Counted from the first letter of the stretch, positions 30,694 to 44,165 are shown. The stretch is DNA of 64,000 nt from Chloroflexota bacterium (GCA_005880695.1 VBGR01000037.1:17584-81583), one strand, 5' to 3'. Translations and numbers: made by a program. Notes: generated by a model from the letters alone, not told the origin.

Positions 30694-31054
30694 AGTAGCC
30701 GTACTCAGCCTCGTCCACCCGGCGAGCGGGCGGGTCCTTGCGGAGGCCCTCGAGGAACCGAGGAGCTTCTTCGGGCGGGGCCTCGGCCTGATGTTCCGCA
30801 GCCGGCTGGAGCCGGGGCGAGGCATGCTGATCGAGCCCTGCAGCGGGATCCACATGTTCTTCATGCGGTTCCCGATCGATGCACTTTTCCTCGACCGGCG
30901 GGACCGGGTCCGGAAGGTCTACCGACGGCTGCCGGCCTGGTATGGGATGGTGCCGATCGTGATCGGTGCTCGCAAGGTGATCGAGCTTCCGCCCGGCACG
31001 CTGGACGGGCTCGAGCTGCCCCGTGGGGAACAGCTGAAACTCCAGTTCGCCTAG
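30671..31054 (+). CDS. DUF192 domain protein
   Basis: 127 aa with RGLGLMFR...GMLIEPCSGIHMFFMRFPIDALFLD, matching the DUF192 pattern. Confidence 0.7.
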   Translation: MANLPRAEVAVLSLVHPASGRVLAEALEEPRSFFGRGLGLMFRSRLEPGRGMLIEPCSGIHMFFMRFPIDALFLDRRDRVRKVYRRLPAWYGMVPIVIGARKVIELPPGTLDGLELPRGEQLKLQFA

Positions 31055-31182
31055 ACCCTGGATAGGGGCATCTGGGGGCGGATGCACTCTTCGGACCCGC
31101 CACGAAACGTGCATCTGCGGGCAGATGCGCCGGTTGAGGAGCCTTTACAGAGGCCATTGCCCGGGCAAGTAGGGTCGAGCGT

Positions 31183-31860
31183 GTGGTCGAGGCCATCCTG
31201 GACATCCTGCTGCCACCCCGCTGTGGCGGCTGCAATCGCTTCTCCGACTGGTATTGCCCGGACTGCGTGGAAGCCACCAGGCGGCTGCGTGAGCCCCTCT
31301 GCCTCCGTTGCGGCGCTGAATCCGAGTTCGTCCGCCGGGACTGCGGCTGCCGCGCCCGCCTCCGCTCCCTGGGTCGCCTGCGGTCGGCCGCTGCTTTCGA
31401 AGGCGTGCTGGAGAAGGCGATCCATCGCTTCAAGTACGGCGGCCGGAAGCCTCTCGCGACCCCGCTGGCGCTGCTTTTGGCCGAGCGCCTGGCCATTGAC
31501 GGCCTCCCCGGCGAAGCCGTCGCCTGGGTTCCACTCCACTCCCGGCGCCGGCGGCGGCGGGGCTACAACCAGGCGGAGCTGCTGGCCGGCCGGCTCGCCG
31601 CGATGGCCGGGCTGCCCCTCCTGCCCGGCCTCGAGCGGACCCGCGATACGCCGCCCCAGGTCGGCCTCGACCGCCTGCGGCGCCTCACCAACGTGCGGGG
31701 AGCCTTCGCCTGGAAAGGGCCGCCGCTGGCCCGCCAGGCGGTCATCCTGGTCGACGACGTGGCCACCACAGGAGCCACCCTGGAGGCCTGTGCGGCGGCT
31801 CTCCGCGCCGCCGGAAGTGGGCCCGTTCTCGGACTCACTGTCGCCAGAACGCCGTTTTAG
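31183..31860 (+). CDS. comFC: ComF family protein (ComFC-type phosphoribosyltransferase-like competence protein)
   Basis: N-terminal CxxC...CxxC...CxxC zinc-finger region, HRFKYGG, and the PRTase loop VILVDDVATTGATL. GTG start. Confidence 0.8.
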   Translation: MVEAILDILLPPRCGGCNRFSDWYCPDCVEATRRLREPLCLRCGAESEFVRRDCGCRARLRSLGRLRSAAAFEGVLEKAIHRFKYGGRKPLATPLALLLAERLAIDGLPGEAVAWVPLHSRRRRRRGYNQAELLAGRLAAMAGLPLLPGLERTRDTPPQVGLDRLRRLTNVRGAFAWKGPPLARQAVILVDDVATTGATLEACAAALRAAGSGPVLGLTVARTPF

Positions 31861-31910
31861 GGGTACTTCGAGCGTTATAGTTCCAGCGCACTTTTCCAGC
31901 GGAGGTATTA

Positions 31911-33041
<1,131 letters not shown>

Positions 33042-33118
33042 AGGGAAGTTAGAAAGAGCCCGACGCCTCCCGGTCTAAACTCAGGAAAGACCAGGTACCC
33101 CATGCCGGGAGGCTGTCA

Positions 33119-33673
33119 ATGAAGGTTGTCATTCACGACCGGACCGCGGAGCTGGCCGCTCCGCTCCGCGCCTACACCGAGAAGCGCCTCTCCAGGCTCA
33201 GCCGCCACTTCGAGCGGGTTCTCGAGGCCGACGTCCTCTTCTCCGAGAACGGACGCCACAGCCAGGAGCCCGAGAGGGCGGTCAAGATCACCGTGCGCAT
33301 GGACGGCCGGAAGACCCCCCTGCTGACCGCTCACGAGACCGGCCGCGACCTCCAGGCGGTGCTGGACCTGGCCCTGGAGAAGGTCGACCGCCAGGTCGTG
33401 AAGCTGAAGGATCGGATCGTCGACCGGCACCGAAACCGAACCCCCGCGCGCCTTGCCACCACGGAGGACGAGGGCCCGCCGCCCCCGATTCAGGACGAGC
33501 CCGAGCGGGTAAGACAGAGGGTGCGGCCCGAATCGCTCGCTGAGGCGGCCAAGGCGCTCGACGCGAACGGGCACCTTTTCCACGTCTTCTTGAACGAGGA
33601 CACCGGGGAGGTCAACGTGATCTACCGCCGGGCGGATGACTCGCTGGCCGTCATCGAGCCAATCGTCACATGA
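33119..33673 (+). CDS. hpf: Ribosome hibernation promoting factor, long form
   Basis: N-terminal S30AE/RaiA domain ([16 protein letters not shown]) plus a C-terminal dimerisation domain ([20 protein letters not shown]). SD GGGAGG precedes the ATG. Confidence 0.9.
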   Translation: MKVVIHDRTAELAAPLRAYTEKRLSRLSRHFERVLEADVLFSENGRHSQEPERAVKITVRMDGRKTPLLTAHETGRDLQAVLDLALEKVDRQVVKLKDRIVDRHRNRTPARLATTEDEGPPPPIQDEPERVRQRVRPESLAEAAKALDANGHLFHVFLNEDTGEVNVIYRRADDSLAVIEPIVT

Positions 33674-33692
33674 GGAGAAAGGAAGAAACCGC

Positions 33693-36267
<2,575 letters not shown>

Positions 36268-36278
<11 letters not shown>

Positions 36279-37390
36279 ATCCACGCCGCAAGAGCTGCTG
36301 CAACGCATCCTCCAGATGAAGGAGCACCTTTGACCTGCCCGCCAAGGCCGCCCGCGCCGCCGAGCTGGAGAGCCTTCTAGCCCAGCCCGGGATCTGGGAC
36401 GACCCGGCGCAGGCCGCTCGCTACGGGCGGGAGGCGTCGGAGCTCCGCGAAGAGGTCGCCCGTTGGGCGCGCCTGGAGGCCAGGGCCCGCGACCTGGTCG
36501 AGCTGACCGGGCTCGAAGATCCCGAGCTGGTGACCCAGCTGGAGCGCGAGCGGGCGGAGATCGAAAGCCAGCTCCGGGCGCTCGAGCTCGACCTCCTCTT
36601 CACCGATCCTTATTCCTCTCACAATGCGATCCTCTCGATCAGCGCGGGGGCAGGCGGCATCGATGCCCAGGACTGGGTGGAGATGCTGATGCGCATGTAC
36701 CTCAAGTGGGCTGAGCGGCGCCGTTTCAAGACCGAGGTGCTGGAGGCCACGCCGGGCGAGGAGGCGGGCCTGAAAGGGGCGTCTCTTCTGATCGCCGGCC
36801 CCCGAGCGTACGGCCTGCTCCGGTCCGAGCATGGCGTCCACCGCCTGGTGCGAATCTCGCCCTTCGACCAGAATCACCGCCGGCACACCTCTTTCGCGCT
36901 GGTTGAGGTCATGCCCGAGCTGGAGGAGACGGACGCCGAGATCAAGATCGACCCTGAGGACCTGAGGATCGACACCTACCGCTCGACCGGGGCGGGCGGC
37001 CAGCACGTCAACAAAACGGAGTCGGCGGTCCGCATCACCCATCTGCCGACCGGGATCGTCGTCACCTGCCAGAACGAGCGCTCACAGCTGAAGAACCGGG
37101 AGCTCGCGATGAAGATGCTTCGCGGCCGCCTCTTCGAGCGCCAGCAGGAGGAGGCGGTCAAGCAGCGCGAGGTGCTCAAAGGAGCGCAGATGCCGGCCGA
37201 GTTCGGGTCCCAGATCCGCAACTACGTGCTGCAGCCCTACACGTTGGTAAAGGACGTTCGTACCGGTTACGAAACCGGCAACGTTGAAGCGGTGCTTAAC
37301 GGTGGCGAGATTGACCCCTTCATCGAAGCCTGGCTGCGCTGGAAGCTCTCGCAGAACGGTGGCGGAGCCGGCATCGGTTCTTCGCGCTAA
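36268..37390 (+). CDS. prfB: Peptide chain release factor 2, requires a +1 programmed ribosomal frameshift at 36331
   Basis: Frame-0 leader is [21 protein letters not shown] followed by TGA at 36331. The +1 frame continues [25 protein letters not shown]... into track ORF 36530-37390. It contains SPF (ISPFD) and GGQ (GAGGQHVNK). The ATG lies inside the last codons of secA. Confidence 0.9.
36319..36334 (+). promoter_or_regulatory. RF2 autoregulatory +1 frameshift site (internal SD + CTT TGA C)
   Basis: The sequence AAGGAG CAC CTT TGA C was read directly. It matches the canonical bacterial prfB recoding signal. Confidence 0.85.
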
Positions 37391-38448
37391 TGCGTAGGCT
37401 CGCCGCGGCCGTAATTCTGATCGCGGTTGCCTGCGGAGAGCAGCCTGCCGTCCCCCGACCGAGTCCTTCCATCGCCGCGCAGCAGGCTCCGGCCACCGCC
37501 GCAGCTCTGAGCCTCGATGAAGAGGTGGGAGCGGTGATCATGGCGGGCTTCCAGGGCCCGCTCACCGACGCGGTGCTGGCGGACTGGCGGCAGCGGCGGT
37601 TTGGCGGGCTCCTGGTCGTCAACCTGAACGCCAACGCGACCAGCGGGGCGGCGATGAGCGACCTGATCAGCCGGGTCCGGGCGGCCCAGGGTCGGCGCCT
37701 CCTGGCAGCCACCGACCAGGAGGGCGGCCAGATCTGCGTCGCCCTTGCCGAGGTGCCGTGCCTCGCCATGCCGGTCGACGGGCCTGGCTCGACCCGCATG
37801 GCGGCGGCCCTCCGAGCCGTGGGCTTCGACGTCGATCTCGGCCCGGTCGCCGACGTCTGCCCGGGGCCGGCTTCCTACATGTGGGGTCGCTGCTATGGCA
37901 CCGACCCGGCCGCGGTGAGCCAGGCCGTCGGCGCGGCGGTGGACGGAATCCACGCCGGTCACGAGCTGGCTGCCGCCAAGCATTTCCCCGGCCACGGCAG
38001 CGCGAATGGCAACTCCCACGAAGAGCTGCCGTCCGTCGCAGCGGACCTGGCGACGCTACAAGCGCGGGACTGGCCGCCGTTCAAGGCGGCGGTGGCGCAT
38101 GGCGTCGACTTCGTGATGTTGGGTCACCTGAGCGTGCCGGCGCTGAGTTCCGGCGGGCCTTCCAGCCTCTCTCCGGTGACAGTCCAGCGGCTACGCCAGG
38201 ACGTCGGGTTCCAGGGCCCGATCATCTCCGACGACCTCGAGATGAAGGCGGTCACCGACAGCGTGCCGACGCCGGAGGCGGCCATCGACTTCCTCCTCAA
38301 TGGCGGCGACCTGGTGATGATCGCGCACAACCTCGGCGTCGCCGATGCTGTCTTCGACGCGATCAAAGCGGCGGTGCTCAGCGGCCGCCTCCCGCGCGAG
38401 CGGCTGGATCAGGCGGTGGCCGCCCTCGATGCGCTCAGAACGGCTTGA
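37390..38448 (+). CDS. nagZ: Glycoside hydrolase family 3 beta-N-acetylhexosaminidase-like lipoprotein
   Basis: Lipobox LIAVAC and the GH3 N-domain motif KHFPGHGSANGNSHE. 352 aa, single-domain NagZ type. Exported rather than cytoplasmic. Confidence 0.8.
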   Translation: MRRLAAAVILIAVACGEQPAVPRPSPSIAAQQAPATAAALSLDEEVGAVIMAGFQGPLTDAVLADWRQRRFGGLLVVNLNANATSGAAMSDLISRVRAAQGRRLLAATDQEGGQICVALAEVPCLAMPVDGPGSTRMAAALRAVGFDVDLGPVADVCPGPASYMWGRCYGTDPAAVSQAVGAAVDGIHAGHELAAAKHFPGHGSANGNSHEELPSVAADLATLQARDWPPFKAAVAHGVDFVMLGHLSVPALSSGGPSSLSPVTVQRLRQDVGFQGPIISDDLEMKAVTDSVPTPEAAIDFLLNGGDLVMIAHNLGVADAVFDAIKAAVLSGRLPRERLDQAVAALDALRTA

Positions 38449-38872
38449 AATACATCAGCCAGACGAGGATCACGAGGCCGGCGACGCCGACCGCCAGCAG
38501 CAGGTTGGGGTGCAAGGCGTCGAGTGCTCGCGAGAATTCCTCAGGCGTCGCCGGATCCAGCCCCCGGACGCGACGGTAGCCACCTAAGACGCCCATGACT
38601 ATCGATACCAACAGGAACACCGCGATCGAAGCCCAGACCCAGCGATGGCTCCACCAGCTCCCCATGAAGCCCAGAGCGATACCGCTGGCTGTGAGGAGCA
38701 GCAAAAAGGGGATCGAAGCGTTGACAGAGATCTCTGACAGCCTGAGCAGGGCGCGCGCCGGCTCTGGGCGGCGCTCCTTTCGCAGCTGTAGGGCGGCGAA
38801 CACCGAACCGCCGTGCGCAAAGAGGAAGCCGAACACACTCCAGATGTGCGTCAGGAGCACCCAGCGATACAT
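38435..38872 (-). CDS. Small 4-TM membrane protein (DUF2269-like)
   Basis: 145 aa with four hydrophobic helices. Family guess rests on pattern only. Confidence 0.45.
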   Translation of the reverse strand: MYRWVLLTHIWSVFGFLFAHGGSVFAALQLRKERRPEPARALLRLSEISVNASIPFLLLLTASGIALGFMGSWWSHRWVWASIAVFLLVSIVMGVLGGYRRVRGLDPATPEEFSRALDALHPNLLLAVGVAGLVILVWLMYFKPF

Positions 38873-38907
38873 GCGGCGCCAATCTTAGGGTGCGGGTGGG
38901 GCCCAGT

Positions 38908-38936
38908 TTGACCGTATCCGGCTAGCTGGCTATACT
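38908..38936 (+). promoter_or_regulatory. Near-consensus sigma-70-type promoter for ftsEX
   Basis: TTGACC (38908-38913), a 17-nt spacer, then TATACT (38931-38936), about 58 nt upstream of the ftsE ATG. Confidence 0.6.
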
Positions 38937-38993
38937 CCGTAGCCGGCCAGCTCCGGGCACGCGTCTCGCAACGTTCCCGCATAACGAACCACC

Positions 38994-39734
38994 ATGGTTT
39001 TAACAGCCGATTTCTCGCAACGGCCCCTCATCAGCCTCCAGCACGTCTGGAAGCGGTACGCCAACGGAACCGAGGCTCTACGCGACGTCGAGCTGACCGT
39101 CCCCGAGGGAGATTTCCTGTTCCTGGTCGGCGCCTCGGGCGCCGGGAAATCCACGCTCATCCGTCTGCTTGTACGTGAGGAGAAGCCGACGAAGGGAAAG
39201 ATCTTCGTCGACGGGCAGGAGCTGGGTCGCATGAAGCGGCGCCACCTGCCGAGCTATCGCCGCAAGGTCGGGCTGGTCTTCCAGGACTTCAAGCTGCTGC
39301 CTCGGCTGACCGCTTTTGAGAACGTGGCTTTCGCGCTGCGGGTGTTGGGCGAGGCGGGCCGGGTCGTTCAGGCCCGTTCCAAGGACGCGCTTGAGGTCGT
39401 CGGTCTGTCAAACAAGCACGACACCTACCCCCGTGAGATGTCAGGTGGTGAGCAGCAGCGCGTGGCCATCGCCCGGGCTCTCGTTCACTCCCCGCGTCTG
39501 ATCGTGGCCGACGAGCCGACCGGGAATCTCGACCCGGCCACGGGATGGGAGATCATGCAGCTTTTCCTGCAGATCAACCAGCGCGGCTCGACAGTACTGA
39601 TGGCGACGCACAATCGCGACATCGTCGACGTCCTCCGCCGCAGGGTCGTGGCGATCGACGGCGGCCAGGTGGTTCGGGACGACCGGGCCGGTGGATACCA
39701 TGAAGCTCTGGCGGCATCTGCTCTTCGCGCTTAA
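38994..39734 (+). CDS. ftsE: Cell division ABC ATPase FtsE
   Basis: Walker A GASGAGKST, signature MSGGEQQR and Walker B LIVADEPT. Codon 3 is TTA. Confidence 0.9.
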   Translation: MVLTADFSQRPLISLQHVWKRYANGTEALRDVELTVPEGDFLFLVGASGAGKSTLIRLLVREEKPTKGKIFVDGQELGRMKRRHLPSYRRKVGLVFQDFKLLPRLTAFENVAFALRVLGEAGRVVQARSKDALEVVGLSNKHDTYPREMSGGEQQRVAIARALVHSPRLIVADEPTGNLDPATGWEIMQLFLQINQRGSTVLMATHNRDIVDVLRRRVVAIDGGQVVRDDRAGGYHEALAASALRA

Positions 39735-40596
39735 CTCCGCCTGGCAGAGCTTCTGGCGGAGCGCCGCTGTAAGCCTGGCGGCGACGGCTACGGTCACGCT
39801 GATCCTGACCATGGCCGGCATCAACCTGCTGGTCGGGCACACGCTGGCCGGCGTCCTGGACCAGTACCGGGCGCGCGTCAGTGTGATCAGCATCAGCGTC
39901 GCCGACGACACGCCCCTGACGACCGTCACCGACTTCGAGGACCAGCTGCGCAGCGATCCGCGGGTCGTTGGCGTCAGCTACCTGAGCAAGGACGAAGCGC
40001 TGGCACGCTTCCAGGCCGACCCGGTCAACGCCGACATCGCCCGCCAGATCGAGGGCAACCCGCTCGCGGCAAAGCTCGAGGTGCGGGTTGGCAAGCTAGC
40101 CGACGTGGCTGCCATCGACGCCCTGGCCCGGCAGTGGCGGGGCGCCGACCGCAACGACCCGACCGACTACCAGGGCGAGTTCATCGCCCGCATGCTCCGG
40201 CTCTCGGCCTGGCTCAACCTGGCGGGCGTCGTGATCCTTTTTGTGCTGCTCCTGATCTCAATCTTCATCGTCATGAACACGATCCGGACCGCGGTCTACC
40301 ATCGCCGCCACGAGATCGAGGTGATGAAGCTCGTGGGCGCCACCGAGTGGTTCGTGCGCGGCCCGTTCGTGCTGGAAGGCATCCTGACCGGTGTCTTGGC
40401 GGGCGGGCTCGCCCTGGGCGGTCTCCTGCTCGCCTACCGGCCTTTCGTCGACCGCTTCCACTCCGACCTCTTCTTCGTGCCGCTCGGGTACGATCCCGCC
40501 TTCGTCGGTGAGCTGGCCCGCGACGTGCTGGTCGCCGGGGCGCTGCTCGGCGCGCTCGGCAGCTACATCGGCGTGCGCCGGTTCGTACGAGTTTGA
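39691..40596 (+). CDS. ftsX: Cell division permease-like protein FtsX
   Basis: TM1, a large extracytoplasmic loop, then three C-terminal TM helices. Start is GTG 39691 or ATG 39700. It follows ftsE. Confidence 0.85.
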   Translation: MDTMKLWRHLLFALNSAWQSFWRSAAVSLAATATVTLILTMAGINLLVGHTLAGVLDQYRARVSVISISVADDTPLTTVTDFEDQLRSDPRVVGVSYLSKDEALARFQADPVNADIARQIEGNPLAAKLEVRVGKLADVAAIDALARQWRGADRNDPTDYQGEFIARMLRLSAWLNLAGVVILFVLLLISIFIVMNTIRTAVYHRRHEIEVMKLVGATEWFVRGPFVLEGILTGVLAGGLALGGLLLAYRPFVDRFHSDLFFVPLGYDPAFVGELARDVLVAGALLGALGSYIGVRRFVRV

Positions 40597-41810
40597 TGCG
40601 CGCCAGGCTCGCGGCCCTCGCGTCGGCCGTCGCGCTGCTGGCGGCGCTGGTGCCGTCGGCGGTGGTTCGGGCCGACCCGCCACCCAACTGCGCGCCGGGC
40701 GACGCGATCTGCGAACAGCTGGTCCAGTCCATGAACCAGCAAGCGGCGGATGAGGCCCGGCTGGCACAGATCCAGAGCAACATCAACGACGTCCAGAAGA
40801 AGATGAAGGCGCTCTACGCGTACATCGGGCAGCTGAACAATCAGATCTCGGCCCAACAAGCGACCATCGCCACCACGGTCGTGCAGATCAACGTTCTCGA
40901 TGCCAAGATCCGGGCGACCCTGGCCGATATCACGCGCCGCCAAGCGCACCTCGACGTGCGGGAGGAGCTCTTCGGCCAGCGCGCCCGGTCGATCGCCAAG
41001 CACGGCACTGTCAACTACATGGCCCTTGTCCTGACCGCGCAGAACTTCAACCAGCTGATCGACCGGGTCCTGATGGCGCAGGAGATCATCCACGCCGATC
41101 GCACGCTCCTCGACGGGCTGCGGATCGAGAAGGCCCACATCGGTGAGCTGAAGGACCGGCTCGCCGGCCAGCGCAACCAGGAGAACGACCTGCTCACCCA
41201 GCAGAAGGCGCAGGAGGCGAGCCTGGAGGTGACCCGCATCCAGCAGCAGGCCGCATACACCTACCTGGCCCAGCTGGAGGCCCAGTACAAGCAGCAGGCG
41301 GACGAGATGGCCAGGGCGATCGCCGCCATCGCGGACCAGGTCAACATGCTCCAGCAGGCCTACGCGGCCGAGATCGCAAACGCCGGCGGTGGAACCGGGC
41401 AGTTCGTCTGGCCGCTGGTGCCCCACTGGCTGACCCAGGGCTTCGGCTGCAGCCCCTACCCGTTCGAGATCTACTGGCCTTCCTGCCCGACCAGGCATTT
41501 CCACACCGGCATCGACATCGGCGAGCCGTACGGGAGCGAGATCTACGCTGCCGACAGCGGTGTCATCGGCGCCTACTACACCTGCTGCGGATATGGCATC
41601 TACGGTGTCATCGACCACGGCAACGGGTACGCCACCCTCTACGGTCATATGAGCGGCTTCGCGCCGGGCATACATACTGGACAGGTCGTGTACAGGGGCC
41701 AGGTCATCGGCTATGAGGGCAGCTCCGGCAACTCGACCGGCCCTCATCTCCACTTCGAGATCCGCTACAACGGCAACTACGTAGACCCCTGCGCCTACCT
41801 GGGTTGCTAG
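40596..41810 (+). CDS. Secreted coiled-coil M23/LytM peptidase (EnvC/PcsB-like partner of FtsEX)
   Basis: Signal peptide, about 230 aa of heptad-rich coiled coil, and a LytM domain with intact metal ligands HTGIDIG and GPHLHFE. ATG 40596 overlaps the ftsX stop. Confidence 0.85.
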   Translation: MRARLAALASAVALLAALVPSAVVRADPPPNCAPGDAICEQLVQSMNQQAADEARLAQIQSNINDVQKKMKALYAYIGQLNNQISAQQATIATTVVQINVLDAKIRATLADITRRQAHLDVREELFGQRARSIAKHGTVNYMALVLTAQNFNQLIDRVLMAQEIIHADRTLLDGLRIEKAHIGELKDRLAGQRNQENDLLTQQKAQEASLEVTRIQQQAAYTYLAQLEAQYKQQADEMARAIAAIADQVNMLQQAYAAEIANAGGGTGQFVWPLVPHWLTQGFGCSPYPFEIYWPSCPTRHFHTGIDIGEPYGSEIYAADSGVIGAYYTCCGYGIYGVIDHGNGYATLYGHMSGFAPGIHTGQVVYRGQVIGYEGSSGNSTGPHLHFEIRYNGNYVDPCAYLGC

Positions 41811-43048
41811 GCGCCGGCCGGCGCGTCTGGCAGCTCGCCGCGGGGCTGCTGATCGGGGCGGCGATCGGCCTCTTGGGAGGAATCTACCTCGACCAGATCT
41901 ACCCGGCGGACGTGCCCGCTCTCGGGTACTCGCAGCCGGCCAAGGGCAAGCTTGACCAGCAGACGCTGGACCGGGCCCTGCGGGTGCTGCAGACCAACTA
42001 CTACGACCCCCGGTTCGATTACGCCAAGCTCTCGCAGGGCACGATCAAGGGCCTGGTCCAGGGGCTTAACGACCCCTTCTCCTACTACCTCGACCCAACG
42101 GAGTACCAGCGGCAGCTCAACACCTACGCGGGGCGCTACGTCGGCATCGGGATCGAGGTCGGGTACCAGGCTGAATATCCGACAGTCATCACCGTCTTCG
42201 TCGACTCGCCGGCCGACAAGGCCGGCCTCAAGGCTGGCGACGTTCTCCTCAAGGCGGACGGGCATGACCTGCACAACATCAACTCCGACCAGGCCACGCT
42301 CCTGATCCGGGGCCCGGCCGGGTCTCCCGTGGTGCTGACCGTGCGGCGCAACGGCCAGGTCCAGGACTTCAAAGTCACCCGCGGCAATGTCGTGATCCCT
42401 TCGGTACGCTCGACGAAGCTCGAGGACGGCATGCTCTACATCCGGATCTACAGTTTTGGCGAGTCCACCGGCAGCGACTTCGATCGCCTCTTGAAGGCCG
42501 GCCTGGCCGGATCGGGCGGCGTGGTCGTCGACCTCCGCGACGACGGTGGCGGCTTTATCGACGCGGCCCAGAACGTGGTCAGCCAGTTCGTCGCATCTGG
42601 AGAGGCTTTCGAGCTGCGCGACCGCAACGGCAACGTCGAGCGGCACGACGTCAACGGCGACCACCCGGCCGCCGCCACCCCGGTAGTCGTCCTCGTCAAC
42701 TCCAACACCGCGTCGGCGGCAGAGATCGTCTCCGGCTCGCTTTCCGTCCGCCGCAAGGCGCCGCTGGTCGGCACGGTCACTTACGGCAAGGGCTCGGTCC
42801 AGCAGGACTTCCCGCTCCCGGACGGATCGGACCTCCACATCACTATCAAGCGCTGGTACTTGCCCGACGGCACCTCGGTCGACAGGGTGGGCCTGCACCC
42901 GACCGACGAGGTCCCGCTACCGGCACCCGACCAGATGTACGACGTGGCCCGGCCGGGGGCCGGCCACGCGGCCGACAGCCAGCTCAACGCGGCCCTCAGT
43001 CTCCTCGAGCACTCGGCGGCGGTCGTGCCCAGCCGGGCGGCTGGGTAG
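41804..43048 (+). CDS. S41 carboxyl-terminal processing protease with PDZ domain
   Basis: N-terminal TM anchor, PDZ segment (SPADKAGLKAGDVLLKADG) and the S41 core (VVLVNSNTASAAEIVSGSL ... YGKGSVQ). TTG start. Confidence 0.85.
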   Translation: MLGAGRRVWQLAAGLLIGAAIGLLGGIYLDQIYPADVPALGYSQPAKGKLDQQTLDRALRVLQTNYYDPRFDYAKLSQGTIKGLVQGLNDPFSYYLDPTEYQRQLNTYAGRYVGIGIEVGYQAEYPTVITVFVDSPADKAGLKAGDVLLKADGHDLHNINSDQATLLIRGPAGSPVVLTVRRNGQVQDFKVTRGNVVIPSVRSTKLEDGMLYIRIYSFGESTGSDFDRLLKAGLAGSGGVVVDLRDDGGGFIDAAQNVVSQFVASGEAFELRDRNGNVERHDVNGDHPAAATPVVVLVNSNTASAAEIVSGSLSVRRKAPLVGTVTYGKGSVQQDFPLPDGSDLHITIKRWYLPDGTSVDRVGLHPTDEVPLPAPDQMYDVARPGAGHAADSQLNAALSLLEHSAAVVPSRAAG

Positions 43049-43069
43049 ACTGTTGCCGGCCAGCGTTGC

Positions 43070-43147
43070 GGGCGGTTAGCTCAGCCGGTTTAGAGCGCCT
43101 CGCTTACACCGAGGAGGTCGGGAGTTCGATCCTCTCACCGCCCACCA
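43070..43147 (+). tRNA. tRNA-Val (anticodon TAC), CCA encoded
   Basis: Manual cloverleaf: acceptor GGGCGGT/ACCGCCC, anticodon stem CCTCG/CGAGG with loop CTTACAC, T-loop TTCGATC, and a 3' ACCA. Confidence 0.9.
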
Positions 43148-43289
43148 ATGTGCTAGGTTTGGCCGGTCGCCGGCAGGTCCTGTAGCTCAAAGGAGGTGCG
43201 CCTTGGAGACCCGAATGGTTTCGCGCGCCTTGTTTCCGGAGAGCGGACCCTAGCCAGGCTTTCGTAACTCTTTTTCCTTCGCGATGGAG

Positions 43290-43313
43290 GCCGCTCTTCG
43301 AGCGGCTCTTTTT
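43290..43313 (+). terminator. Rho-independent terminator downstream of tRNA-Val
   Basis: Stem GCCGCTC / GAGCGGC with loop TTC, followed by TCTTTTTC. Confidence 0.55.
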
Positions 43314-43336
43314 CATTTCGGAGGAATGCATTTCAG

Positions 43337-44062
43337 TTGCGAATCGAAGCCCTGGAGCCCTTCTTCGACGAGGGGCTCATCGAAAGCGTCATCCGGCAAG
43401 TCAAGAGCGGGAAAGAGGCCACGGTCTACATGTGCCGCGCCCGGCCCTGGACCGGAGGCGAGTTCTTCGCGGCGAAGGTCTACCGGCCTCGCGAGGAAAG
43501 GTCTTTCCGGAACGACGCAATGTATCGCGAGGGCCGCATGGCGGTCCTTAAAGAACGTGACCGGCGGGCTGTAGCGAAGAAGACCGGCTGGGGCCGCGAG
43601 GTCCTCTTCGGCCAATGGCTCTTTCAGGAGTACGAGAATCTGAAGGTCCTCCACGCAGCCGGCGCGCGGGTGCCGCGACCGGTTGCGCGCGGCGAGAGTG
43701 CGGTGCTGCTGGAGTGGATTGGGGACGAGAGCGGCGCGGCCCCGCACCTTCGTGAGGTCAGGCCCTCACACGACGATGCGGCCGCTCTTCTGGATGTCCT
43801 GGTCGGCCAGGTCGAGCTCTTTCTGCGGGAGAACCTGGTCCACGGTGACCTCTCCGAGTACAACGTCCTCTTCTGGCAGGGCGGCCTCACCGTGATCGAC
43901 CTCCCCCAGATGGTTGATCCGCGCTTCAATCACAGCGCCCAACGGCTGCTCACACGCGACCTGGAGAACGTCTGCCGCTACTTCGCACGGTTCGGCGTGC
44001 AGCGTGAAGGGCGCTGGGTGGCTCAAGGTCTCTGGGACCGCTGGCTACGGTCGGAGCTCTGA
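43337..44062 (+). CDS. RIO-type serine protein kinase
   Basis: VKSGKEATVY (P-loop-like), AAKVYR (Lys), LVHGDLSEYNVL (catalytic loop) and VIDLPQ (metal-binding loop). TTG start. Confidence 0.8.
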   Translation: MRIEALEPFFDEGLIESVIRQVKSGKEATVYMCRARPWTGGEFFAAKVYRPREERSFRNDAMYREGRMAVLKERDRRAVAKKTGWGREVLFGQWLFQEYENLKVLHAAGARVPRPVARGESAVLLEWIGDESGAAPHLREVRPSHDDAAALLDVLVGQVELFLRENLVHGDLSEYNVLFWQGGLTVIDLPQMVDPRFNHSAQRLLTRDLENVCRYFARFGVQREGRWVAQGLWDRWLRSEL

Positions 44063-44088
44063 GTGCCCTTTGTAGAATTACGACCCGT

Positions 44089-44165
44089 GCCGAGGTAGCT
44101 CAGTTCGGTAGAGCACTTGACTGAAAATCAAGGTGTCCCCAGTTCAAATCTGGGCCTCGGCACCA
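44089..44165 (+). tRNA. tRNA-Phe (anticodon GAA), CCA encoded
   Basis: Acceptor GCCGAGG/CCTCGGC, anticodon stem CTTGA/TCAAG with loop CTGAAAA, T-loop TTCAAAT, and a 3' ACCA. Confidence 0.9.

Noticed and set aside
31111-31128. Inverted repeat GCATCTGC-GG-GCAGATGC upstream of comFC, with related GCATCTG/GATGC copies at about 31065-31085
   Set aside because: It could be an operator or a small hairpin. It is short, has no supporting context and has only a 2-nt loop. It is noted but not called.
40563-41753. 396-aa minus-strand ORF
   Set aside because: It is antisense to the M23 peptidase gene.
43160-43215. tRNA-like fragment GTAGCTCAAAGGAGGTGCGCC after tRNA-Val
   Set aside because: I could not fold it into a cloverleaf; it has no acceptor or T-arm. 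It is kept only as part of the candidate sRNA spacer.
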